This document shows, one piece after another, positions 1 to 12,100 of a stretch of DNA of 52,033 nucleotides. How positions within the stretch are numbered: position 1 is the stretch's first letter; each line of letters starts with the position of its first letter. Position numbers and translations under genes: made by a program. The stretch comes from Octopus bimaculoides (Eukaryota). The stretch lies in assembly GCF_001194135.2 (NCBI RefSeq), contig NC_068986.1, positions 10,232,646-10,284,678 on the forward strand, read 5' to 3'. The notes beneath the pieces were generated by a model, which was not told the origin of the DNA, searched no databases, and was given only the letters and a program-made list of their open reading frames with translations.

Positions 1-262
1 CTAAATAAACCTGTCGCCTAGCCTCCCTTCTGGCACATTGGTACAATTCCCTGCTACCACCGTTCTTCCAGTCCTTCCAAGCCTGTTTCTTTTGTCTAAT
101 AGCCCTGTCTACCTCCTTGTTCCACCACCACGTTACTCTGGGTCGGGAGGGGACCTTACACCACCCACAAATCTGGTCGGTGGCTTTCAACAGGTTGTCC
201 CGCAGAAATCTCCAATTGTCTTCCACGTTGTATGATGCTATATCCCCTTCTATTTCGATATC
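1..262 (-). mobile_element. RTE-clade LINE fragment (5'-truncated, runs off the window end), paralog of 2016-2260
   Basis: Clear similarity to 2016-2230; the minus frame reads ...WCKVPSRPRVTWWWN... Confidence 0.8.
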
Positions 263-270
263 CCCTTATA

Positions 271-308
<38 letters not shown>

Positions 309-418
309 AGTGCAGGGTGTGTGATAAGAAGGGTTACTTCCCAAACACAAGGCACCTTGGTCTTCTGCTACAGCCTTGGACCTTTTGAATGGATTTGGTA
401 GACAAAAACTGAAAGACC
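309..418 (+). mobile_element. tRNA-derived SINE head fragment (same family as 25086-25430)
   Basis: Contains ggatttggtagacaaaaactgaaag, shared with the other copies. Confidence 0.55.
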
Positions 419-419
419 T

Positions 420-2786
420 GACATTACACATCCAGCGGATCATGCTAGCTTCATTTCTTTTGTTCGAGCCTACGCATGTCCTCCGCAGTGACGTCCCATA
501 TTTCACTTCCGTGAAGCATGACAGTTCGCACACATGCATCGTACAATCTACCTTTCATTCTGAGCGAGAGGCCCTTTGTCACCAGTAGGGGTAGAAGCTT
601 TCTGAACTTTGCCCAGGCTATTCTTATTCTAGTGGTAGGTAACACTCTCTGAGCATCCATCCCCCACCCCACTACTAATTTGGTCACCTAGGTAGCAGAA
701 GCTATCAACTACTACTAGTTTCTTCCCCTGGAGTGTGATGGAATCTGTTTTCTGAGCATCTGTGGTGATTATTGCCCCTGTGCATCTGCCGCACAAGAAA
801 GCTATCTTCCTGGTTAATCTTCCTTTGATGTTGCTGCACCTCTTATGTGTCCATAGCTTACACTGGGTACATCTTATGCAGTTTCTACCTACACCTTTTC
901 TACAGGTTGAGCAGGGCCACCTACCTGAGGGTGTGTGATGAGTTCACCTTTCTACTTACAAGAACCTTGATCTTTGCTACATTGACTCTAGGGCCTTTCG
1001 ATTCTAAACCTTGCTTCCACACCTGAAATTTCTTCTCTAGTTCTGGTAGTGATTTTGCTATGAGGGCCAGGTCATCAGCATAGAGGAGCTCCCAGGGGCA
1101 ACCCATCTTGAATTCCTCTGTTATTGCCTGGAGGACTATGATGAATAAAAGGGGACTGAGGGCTGATACTTGGTGGACCCCTATTTCTACCTGGAATTCT
1201 TCACTATACTCATTGCTAATCCTAACCCTCTGTATAGGGCCTGTACAACCCTTATTAACCATTCGTCAATCTCCAGTTTCCACATCGCCCACCACATAAG
1301 GGATTGGGGAACCCTGTCAAAGGCTTTCTCCAAGTCCACAAAAGCTAAATATAGGGGTTTATCTTTGGCTAGGTATTTCTCCTGCAGTTGCTGCACCAGG
1401 AATATAGCAGCAGTGGTGCTTCTACCTGGCACAAAACCGAACTGCATCTCATCTAAGCAGACTCTCTCCTTAATGAGGTGGGCTATGGCCCTCTCCGTGA
1501 CCTTCATCACCTGATCCAGCAGTTTGATACCCCTTTAGTTATTTCTATCTAGAGCATCACCTTTACCCTTGTAGCAGTTGACTATGGTGCTGCTATGCCA
1601 GTCATTGGGTATGACTCAATCATGAACTCCCTGGTTTACAATGCAGGTGACTAGGCCATAGCCCACACCACCAGATGTTTTAAGTGATTTCTGATGGGTC
1701 CAGGGCTTTTCCTGGCTTCATACCCTTAATTGCTTTATCTACCAGGGAGCTGTCTATTCGGATAGCTGGTCCCTCTACTGGGTCAACATTTGGCAGGCTC
1801 TCCTCCTCCCATTCATTCTCCACATTCAGCAGTCTTTCATAATGGCTTCTCCAAGCTTCTTTGTTTTTCGAATGATTAAAAGCAAATGCATTATCATCCA
1901 CGCGGACACATTTCTCTCCTGTGACATCACAATTTTCTCTCACACACTGTCTTGCAATCCAAAATACTTCAGTTCTTTGGTCCTCACGTCGCTGGACATT
2001 GGCAAACTTCTTTTTTGCTTCGCCCTTGGCTATGTATACCTGCCACCCAGCTTCCCTTTTGGATACCTGGTACAGTTCCTGCTACCTCCAGGCTTTCCAG
2101 GCCTGTTTCTTTGCTCTAATGGCTTTGTCTACCATACTATTCCACCACCACGTAACTCTAGGTCCGGAAGGGACTTTGCACCATCCGCAGACTTGGTCTG
2201 TGGCACTCAGCAAGCTGTCCCGTAGGAATTTCCAGCTACCTTCTATGTCCGACGTCTGTAGTTCTTCCTCTCTCTCATCAAATGTCTTGATGAGGATGTC
2301 CGTAAATCTCTGACCATGTGAAGGGTTCTTTAGCTTCCAAATCATTCTTTTCTGGATTGATCTACTTCTTGGTATCCTTCTAGCCTCAAGCCTTACGTCA
2401 CTAATGACTAGCCTATGCTGGGGGGTATATTCTTCACCTGGGAGGGTCTTTGTATTTAAGAGTAACTCTGCGTCCCGCTGTCTGGTAAGGATGAAATCAA
2501 TCTGGCTAGCAGACTCACCTGATTGATAGGTTATCAGGTGGCTGTCTGGCTTCCTGAAGTTAGTGTTGCAGATTAAAAGGTTACATGCATCACAGAACTC
2601 CAGTAGCCTAGTTCCCTCATCATTTCAGGAACCATTACCATGGCCCCCGTGTACACCTGTGAAGATATCGGATTGCTGCTCAACATGCCCATTAAAATCT
2701 CCAGCCACAAAGATGAGGTCATTGCCACTCATCTTTTAGGTAGCCTGTAGAAGGGTATCATAAAAATGGTCTTTCTGGTCATTTGG
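420..2786 (-). mobile_element. Decayed RTE-clade non-LTR retrotransposon (APE endonuclease + reverse transcriptase pseudo-ORF)
   Basis: Minus-strand frames give GDFNGHV, NTNFRK and QIDFIL (APE), then QFGFVPGRSTT, FVDLEKAFDRVP, GVHQVSALSPLLF, LLYADDLAL (RT) and MLHGSEIW. Multiple stops and frameshifts. Confidence 0.93.
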
Positions 2787-2829
2787 TATATGTATACGAT
2801 TTGATTTGATTTAGTTTCAGCTCATGAGC

Positions 2830-3482
2830 TTTGGCCATGCTGGGGCACCGCCATTTGGTGTTGCTACATAATTTTACTTCACGAATGCGTTTTGGAATTG
2901 ACATTTGGTGCATAAGGGAGTTTGATGCTGCTGCCCTCATCTGCACCTCCTGCTGTGAAGTTGGTTCATCTGAGATACTTGACAGCAAGCAATCCAGTTT
3001 TATTTTTAAGACACCTACATCCACCCCATGCAGGTCCTTTGGGAGGATATTGAAGTGCTGTGGACCTCTGAAGCCCAGGCTCTTGCAGTATCATCCTATA
3101 TCTTGATGGCAAATTTGGAGTCCTTGGCACTATACAGTGGCACCCAGTTCTAGTATTTGTGTAACTCTCGATGATAAAGTTTGGGACAAGTCCCTCCAGG
3201 ATGTTCCAGATTTATATCATGGCATATCTTTCTCTCCTACACTCTAAGGAATAGAGTCTTAATCTCTTGAGTCTTGCCCAGTAGCTTATATGCTGCATAG
3301 AGGTTATCTTCTTCATGTAGCTTTGTTGGATTACTTCAAGTTCTGCAATTAATTTGACACTGGTTGGTGACTATAGCTGAGAGCAATAGTAAAAGTGGCT
3401 TAAGGACAAGTGTCCTCCAGAGGACCATCATGGTTTCCTGGTCTCTTGTTCTAAAAGTTCTAAGAATCCATCTAGTCAGCCG
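2830..3482 (-). mobile_element. CR1/L2-like LINE 3' fragment, same family as 33300-34498
   Basis: Minus frames read WILRTFRTRDQETMMVLW and YWARLKRLRLYSLECRRERY, homologous to 34200-34498 (+). Confidence 0.8.
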
Positions 3483-4049
3483 TGTATATATATATATATA
3501 TATATATATAGATGAGAAATTATGATAAATGCAAGTTTGTATCAATTGTTTTCACATTTGTGCTGTATATCAAAAATAAAAAGGAAAAACGACAAAATGT
3601 CCTTCCCAAGCCATCGACCCACAAAGCTGGTTTTCCTGTATCCTGTGGCATATATGTTCCCTCCACTTGGATGGGATGCTGGTCTATCACTGGATAAACT
3701 CACTTTTACCAGCTGTTTTGGATCAATGTGAAATTAAATGTTTTGCTCCAACACACAGCCTAGCCCAGGAATTGTGTCCACAATCTTACAATCATGATTG
3801 TAACATCCTAACTATTAAGCTATGTGCCTCCATACTGAATATCATAACCAGTAATACCACTGAGTCCAGTTGTAACCACACCACTTTATTGAAAGCAACT
3901 TGGATTAGGATACTGTACGAAGAGCCCTAAACTTACCAGAACCTGTCACACATCTAACTGTAGAGACAAGAAATACCAGAAATATACACTCAGACAATTT
4001 ATGTGTAAAGACAAATACAAACAACGATTATTTTTTTACAAATTCTTTA

Positions 4050-4098
4050 ATCATCATCATCGTTTAACGTCCGCTTTCCATGCTAGCATGGGTTGGAC
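4050..4098 (+). repeat. Short copy of a recurrent interspersed-repeat end (catcatcatcgtttaacgtccgctttccatgctagcatggg); other copies near 5505-5548, 14645 and 19086-19140 (-)
   Basis: Near-identical 40-50 bp matches within the window. Confidence 0.75.
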
Positions 4099-4354
4099 TA
4101 GTGCATAAATAAAAATACTATTTATATAGACTTGTCAGTGCCAGATCTTTTTAGAAGTTATTCTTTTAAAAGGTGGGAAATTCTGATCTTTTTCTGTGGG
4201 AGAAGAAGAATTCTTTTAATACAGAAATTTCTACATATTCATTGCTTTCTTGACCATTAACTTTTATGTGTGTGTGTGTGTGTGTACACACACACAATCT
4301 CAAACTGAAATTGAGGAGAATTTAACTTAAACTAAAAAAATCTTTAAAGATGTA

Positions 4355-4387
<33 letters not shown>

Positions 4388-4544
4388 TACATGCATACAG
4401 AGAAAGACNNNNNNNNNNNNNNNNNNNNNNNNNNNNNNNNNNNNNNNNNNNNNNNNNNNNNNNNNNNNNNNNNNNNNNNNNNNNNNNNNNNNNNNNNNNN
4501 NNNNNNNNNNNNNNNNNNNNNNNNNNNNNNNNNNNNNNNNNNNN

Positions 4545-4589
<45 letters not shown>

Positions 4590-5747
4590 TACATGCATAC
4601 AGAGAAAGACACACATGTACATATTCATATATAGTTATGTATATACATGCATATAAAATGTGTGTATATCTATTTATATTGATATATAATAATGAAGTCA
4701 ACTTTCCAATTGAATGACAGACATTTCCATAAGAATAGCTGTTGTTTGCTAATGGATTACATAATACCAAAAAATAACCACTCCACATCATCAGGTGTGA
4801 AATCAATCTATTAATAAGCAATAATTAGGTTGTTGATTAGTTGATGGATAATGAGTGCAATTGGGTTAATTGTGCAGAGCATAAGGATCTCTAATATTTG
4901 GATGTGCGTGGATACATGCCTATATATATATACATATGTATACATATATATATATATATATCTATGCGTGTATGTGTGTATATATTCATGGTGGTAGCTG
5001 AGTGTACATCTGTTTCTGTTATATGTGTATATTTATATAGATATGTCTATATATGTATAAATATCATTGCATCTTGATACAGTCACTTGCACTATGGTTC
5101 TGATGTTTGCCTGAAGCCAAGATATCTAACAAGTAATACTATGTTAGGCCACCACAAAAACAAACTTTCCTATTCCAGGCCAAACATTTTGGCCAGATTC
5201 CCTCTTGGTCATCTTTCTGACCAATTCTTTGTGGTCAGATGAGAAATTCTTTGTGGCTGATGAGAAATGGTTCAACCAGGATTTGAACTTATGTCACAAC
5301 TTCAGCCAATGACTTAACAGCACCTACTGGCATATGGTTGCTTACAGTTCTTTATTCTTTCCAGTGACCTGATGCATATCTACTGCTGTCTCAGAGGTCA
5401 CGGGTTTGCGACCATCAAAGAAGGATTCATCAAAAAGTAAATAAAAATGTGACCGACACTATTCTAGAAAGATGTAATGTAATACACACATATACACACA
5501 CATATATCATCATCATCATCGTTTAACGTCCGCTTTCCATGCTAGCATATATATATATATATATATATATAATTAACATAATATGGTAAAAATTCGATAT
5601 TAATTAAAATCAATTTAATACCAGGAAACTAGCACATTAAAAGAATCAGAAGGTTCTTCAAAAAATTTTTCGAGATCCAAAAAAGATTATAGTACTTGTG
5701 TATATAAGATTGACCAGTGACCGGTCTGTCAAAATGCTAGAGGAAGC

Positions 5748-5792
<45 letters not shown>

Positions 5793-5916
5793 AGTACATG
5801 TGTTTTCCAATTTGCATATAAAACTGACATTTAGTGAACAAATTAAAAAAAAAATTATCTAAGCTTGGTTATTAAGTCATTCATGATGAATTCTTGAATG
5901 ATTTTTGCAAAGAAAT

Positions 5917-6021
5917 TTAATCAGAACAACATATTGTCCTGTCTCCAAGTGGCATCACGGGTCGGAAGTTATCTACCAGATGATTATTATCATTGTTCTT
6001 GAGAGATCTTAGAATAGAAAG
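5917..6021 (-). CDS. CA: Carbonic anhydrase exon 7, terminal coding exon ([34 protein letters not shown])
   Basis: Acceptor tttttctttcag|CTT, NFRP..PL..R motif, TAA stop at 5917-5919. Confidence 0.95.
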   Translation of the reverse strand, partial: LSILRSLKNNDNNHLVDNFRPVMPLGDRTICCSD

Positions 6022-9000
6022 CTGAAAGAAAAACGAAGAAAATGCTATATCAGTCAGTTAATTCATGTCTGTTAAAAATTATTTTAATAACATTATGGCA
6101 AATTTAGAAATAGATTTATGTTCTTTTATAACAATTCTAACATCTTCAATGAAATACGAGAATCAGTCCCTGTACTAGATTGGTACTTTACTTGGATCAA
6201 CCCTGGAATGATGAAATCAAACCTAATCCCGGCAGGATTTGAACTCAGAACATAAAGGTACATGACTAAACACTGCAATTATTTGCTCTGATACTCTAAT
6301 CTGCTGCCTCTCAAACATTTTTAAGTATAGCTCCCTTAATGCACCTACACATAATAATACGAGGCCAGAATAAAAGGAATTTAGTTGTAGGTAGAAGTTT
6401 GACATGTGAGATTACTTATCACAGTTTCAATCTACTGTGAGGGAATGTTTGACCGTAGTCACCTCGTGACCTTAGTTATAAACTAAACACATCTTTTAGC
6501 CCAGCTCAAGTACATATTCTTTGCAGTCCATATGAAGTCCAGTTGAAACGTAGCTCAATATTACACACACACACACATTTCTCTACTCTTGTGTTAAAAA
6601 ACATGTCTGTTTAGAATGTGTGTACATTACAAGAATATCAGATGACAATCTTAATCAGAATGAGTGGTGCTGAAGCATATCACTTTGAGAAGCTCCTGCC
6701 AACTCTCATTTAACCCTTTAGTGTTTAAACCAGCCACGTCTGGCCCAAATATTCTGTGGATATGGAAGGGTTAAATTTCGTTAACGACAAAATTCTGGTT
6801 TGTCAATTAGTGTAATTGGAGTTGGTGGAGGTTTACTTTTAGAACTATTAATAAGGAATTAGTGAAAAATAAAGAAAGAGTAATGAGAAATAAACGTGTA
6901 AAGAATGAGACATTGTTGCAGCAGTCAATGGAATATCTTTGAGAAACCAAAGATTAAATGGTAATGGTTTACACAGCAGCAGCAGGGAATTTATACACAC
7001 ACCAAATACAAAGAACACTTGTTGAACTGACATATACATGAACAATAATGTTAACAGATGCACAAATATGTGTCTACACACACACGCAGAGCGATTCAAA
7101 CAGAACACTCTTGTTATACAAAAGCATACAATTATTATAACACACACCAATCATGTTCTATAAAATAATTCTGGATGAAGACTTGACAGGAAAAAGAAAG
7201 AAATGTTTCCCAGCCCCATGGTTCCAAGTTCAGTCCTCCTGCAAGCCTCTCATGTGTGTGTGTGTGCATGCATGCATGTATATATTTATCCACCACTATC
7301 ACTTGAGAACTAGTGTTTGTTTACAGCCCCATAACTTAGCAGCATGGTAAAAGAAACTGACAAAATAACTACCAGGCTTAAGAAATAAGTCTCGAGGTTG
7401 ATTTGTTCGACCAAACCTTTGAAGGTGGTGCCCCAGCATGATTTTTAAAATGTTGATAAATCTTTCAAGAATTTGAAGAAGTCTTCCATCTTTCCATTAA
7501 TGTGTTTAATTAATGTTCCACTTAATATATTTCTTTACTGTTTACCTTAATTGCTTTATAACTGTTTAATTATTATTAATTGTGGGTCGTTAACAAAGCT
7601 TAACAATACTTCAGCCTGTGACAGTTCTCTTCATACCAAATCTACAACAGAACTGACGAATGGGACAAACTATTAGAATATTTAATGCCATTGTGGTCTT
7701 CATTGTATATTTGGTCAGCACAATTCTTCATAGCATTAACAGATACAACTGCCATACTTAGGGACTCAATCATTTGGATATTTTAGCTGAGAAACAGGGA
7801 TTCCATTCAAAAGAAAATTTGTCTCATTGGATGCAATTGAAGCAGAACAAAGCACTGGGCCTTAAAAAAAAAGTTCCTTGGGGATCCAAAGACATTCTTC
7901 TTGGAGCAGCTGCAACCTCACACCCCTGAACTCAATCCTTCTACTCCAAAATGGAACATCCTCTGGAACTTTCTCTAGATCTCTACCAATGTCTTCTCTC
8001 TTTAAACAAAACATTCATGGCACCAAATTTCCCTGGTTACTCTATTTTCTCTTCCACAAAATTCTATAAAAACAGGGATTCAGTATTCGACCTTCCAATC
8101 ACATTAAGGAATAATTAGAATAAATAATTTTTTCTTTACCTGTTCTTTAGAACAGCCAATTGTTTCCTGACAGACAATCCAAGTGACACTTTCATGACAT
8201 GGAGGGGTGGTCAAGGAACCAGGGTAAGTATAAAACTTGTTGACGTCACCTGAAGAATAAACATGAATTTTTATTATTTTGGTCAGCAATAAAGTATTTA
8301 GAAAAAATAATTTCAATAAAAGTCACAGAAAGAAACAGAAACTGGAATCCAAATATTAGCTGGTGGGGGTGGGCATCTGTTGTAGCCCTGGGTTGACCAA
8401 AGCCTTGTGAGTGAATACGGTAAATAGAAACTGAAAGGGGCCTGGAGTGTGTGTGTGTGACTGAAAAGCTGTTCATATCTAGTTATCAACTGGTAAAGTA
8501 AACCAGGTTTCCTTTGGAATATTCACTGATTGGAACGAGCAACTCAGAGTTACTGGAAATTGAAACCTTTCAGTTATGATGCATTAAAGAAGGTTCTTCA
8601 TGGGTATTGAGTCTTGTAATTTATCACTTTTGGGTAATCAACGGATGTGTGTGTGTAGCATTTATGTATGGGTGTCTACATTTGCACTTTACGAAAGTGA
8701 GCTTTGAGTGACATTGTTGTCACTTTTCTTTGTGCCTTCAAAAGACACATGAAATAAGAGATCCCTTCCTAGAAAAATAGGTAATGGTTAGTGACAGGAA
8801 GAACATTCATTTGTAAGACCATGCTTCAATAATGTATTCATCTAATCCTTGCTAATATGGGAAAGTAGAATAATGGACAAACAAGCATCTCCGTGCACAC
8901 ACACACACACTGGTATGATGGGTTCTTCTACTGGGAAGAATGTACAAGTACTATGTTGTTCTATATTTAAGAGATGAGGAATTATGTACATTATTTACAT

Positions 9001-9124
9001 TTGATGGATATTTGTCCTCACCTTGTTTGTTGTTAACACGTTTTGGCTGATATACCCTCCAGCCTTCATCAGGTGTCTTGGGGAAATTTTGAACCTGGGT
9101 TCTCATTCCTAAGGTATTTTTCGA

Positions 9125-9165
<41 letters not shown>

Positions 9166-12100
9166 TCACTGCCATATGCCTGTGGGCATATGGCGTAGTA
9201 GTTAAGAGTGCGGGCTACTAACCCCAAGATTCCGAGTTCAATTCCAGGCAGTGACCTGAATAATAATAACATTGAAAAATACCTTAGGAATGAGAACCCA
9301 GGTTCGAAATTTCCCCAAGACACTTGATGAAGGCTGGAGGGTATATCAGCCGAAACGTTGTGTTAACAACAAACAAGATGAGGACAAATATCCGTCAAAT
9401 GTAAATAATGTAAATAAAGAACTATATTATTTCTTTGCAGAATTTCAGTGAGAAACTTCCAGTAACAACATCCTTTACTTGTTCCACTCACCTGGATTTC
9501 CTCTCACCAAAATTTGATAACAATTAAAATAAAGTAAGACATCCTTACTGAACAATCAGGAGAAAGTGTTTGCTTTTAGTAGAGGAAGTAAGTTTGTACA
9601 GTGTGTACTCTACTCTCTTCTTGTAATTGCATAACCTGAACTAGGGCACAATGTGCCACATGACATCCCCAACATGATGTATGTTCATGAAGCACAAAAC
9701 TCCAACAAACTGGTACTGATCTCTTTCCCGATAACCACTGTCCTATGTGAAGTTCTCTTTAACTGAAGCTAGTTTAAAAGGTACAGGTGTGGCTGTGTGG
9801 TAAGAACTTTGCTTCCCAAACACATGGCTCCAGGTTCAGTCCCACTGTATGGTACCTTGGGCAAGTGTCTTCTACTATAGCCTCAGGCTGACCAAAGCCT
9901 TGGGAGTGGATTTGCTAGAAAGGAACTAAAAGAATACACATAACTGCAATATGATGTAGCAAGCTATCTGTTGTCATGGCGGAGATATTTTAGTAACAGG
10001 TTTACACGTGCTTAGCTAGCAGAGGACTATATAAGTGATTGGGCGTGGGATCTACATTTATAGAAAGTGGCTCATCTACAACTGGAATCTGCACTTCCCC
10101 AACACGTTTTCTCATTCCTCAACTTTCATCTCCCAACATAAAGACCATCTATCTGATTTCATAGTTTTGCAAGCTACTTGGGGACTTCATGAGTGTTAGT
10201 GGCATGAAAGAAAGAACTCAATACATGCTATAAAACTCTGTCGCATTGATTCTGTCAGATTCTGTTATGCTTAACCCTTTAGCATTAAAACAGGCCATGT
10301 CCTGCCCAAAATATTCTACTTGTTGTATGTTTAAAGTGGGTTGATCCAGCCTACCACACCCACCCTACAATCTCATTATAAAAATAAACAATCACATCAT
10401 TGAAACCTCAATACTAGGATATAATGCATGATTAATTCAAAGTAATCTGATTAAATAAGCTTTACATTTGACAGAGTGGAGGCGCAATGGCCCAGTGATT
10501 AGGGCAGTGGACTCGTGGTCATAGGATCGCGGTTTCGATTCCCAGACCGGGCGTTGTGAGTGTTTATTGAGCGAAAACACCTAAAGCTCCATGAGGCTCC
10601 GGCAGGGGATGGTGATGAACCCTGCTGTACTCTTTCACCACAACTTTCTCTCGTTCTTACTTCCTGTTTCTGTTGTGCCTGTAATTCAAAAGGTCAGCCT
10701 TGTCACACTGTGTCACGCTGAATATCCCCGAGAACTACATTAAGGGTACACGTGTCTGTGGAGTGCTCAGCCACTTGCACATTAATTTCACGAGCAGGCT
10801 GTCAACTGGAACCCTCGACGTCGTAAGCGACGGAGTGCCACCAACAACATTTGACAGAGTAATTTGAATGCTAAAGGGTGCATGTATTTGTGGAATACTC
10901 AGTCAATTACAGATTAATTAGTGAACAAGTAAATAAGTTGATTATACAATTGAATGACAGCTGTCCACCTGATACAGCTACCAACCAGCATCGAATTAAG
11001 GGTCACATTGCACACAGACATAATGGGTTTACTGTAAGGGTTGCAGCATAGCAATGTGGGCTTATTTCACTTCCCTTACTATCCAACTGTTCTTGTATGC
11101 TTCAAGGTCTGCATTTCTCAACTGCAGCTCCCGGGGGACACCTCTGTTATTCATACTAGAAGGTTCCACATGCTTTTCACAACAGGGATGGCCACAAAGA
11201 AATGCAATAAATAGAGGAACTTACCAGGAACTAGACCAGGTAAATCAAAGTCTGAAGTCATTACAAAGTTTGAACCAGCAGATGTCACCTTCTTCATGGC
11301 ATCACATACTTGTTGCAGGGCAGCATTTGGTTCTCCAACCTTTTGTGGAATAATGAAGAATTGAAGAGAGGAAAACCAAAAATTACAACAGGAATAACAA
11401 ACGTAATTTATTGTTTAATAATCTTATAAAAGGGTGATAGGAATTTTCACCATAAACGTTTCTGCCATTGGAAAATTTGCTGTAGCAAATTTCACTGTAG
11501 GAAAGTTCACTGTGCAGGAAAATATATAATTAAATGACAATATACATTATTTACATTTGACGGATATTTGTCATCTTGTTTGACAAATATCCGTCAAATG
11601 TAAATAATGTACATAATTCTTCATCTCTTAAATGTACATAATTCCTCATCTCTTAAATATACAACTGTATTAAATGATAATGTTTTCTTCTCCTGACCAC
11701 ATCAGTATTCCTAATTAGATTTCAATTAAGATAATTGCAATTACCTCAATTGTATGTTGATTTTAGATTTTAAATACTGTAAAAACAGACATTTTTGTCA
11801 GTTGCGTGGATAATCTCAATTAATCAAAGATTTCAGTTCCCAGTATCAGATATGTGAGACTTTACTGTATAAGTCTTTAACAGAACTATTCCTTCAGGTT
11901 CTTCCATCTTAACCATATTCTTGCTGATATTCTTCATCACTATGTTCTGTTTACCTTGCAGTGAAATTTCTTCAGGCACAAATGTTTACAGCAAATTCTC
12001 TGGACGTGTTATAAAAGGTGACCAATGAGGGAACATTGGATGGGCAGGTTACAAAAAGGGTGCATTGGGGTAGGGATGTTAGTATTTCGGGGGTTGGGGC

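Larger units (their letters stand above)
8955..9426. mobile_element. Head-to-head palindromic element: tRNA-like head, (AAT)n, then a hammerhead-bearing Penelope-type terminal repeat
   Basis: Inverted arms about 8987-9173 and 9247-9412. A-box-like TGGCGTAGTAG (9191), B-box GTTCAATTCC (9236-45), central hairpin gccatatgcc/ggcatatggc (9171-9194). Confidence 0.75.

Noticed and set aside
4340-4615. Identical ~45-bp sequence on both sides of the gap
   Set aside because: Typical contig-end overlap artefact at a microsatellite, not a real duplication.
9185-9256. Possible tRNA gene
   Set aside because: The acceptor and T stems do not pair; treated as a SINE-like head. The same applies to tRNA-like heads near 36575, 39650 and 50740.
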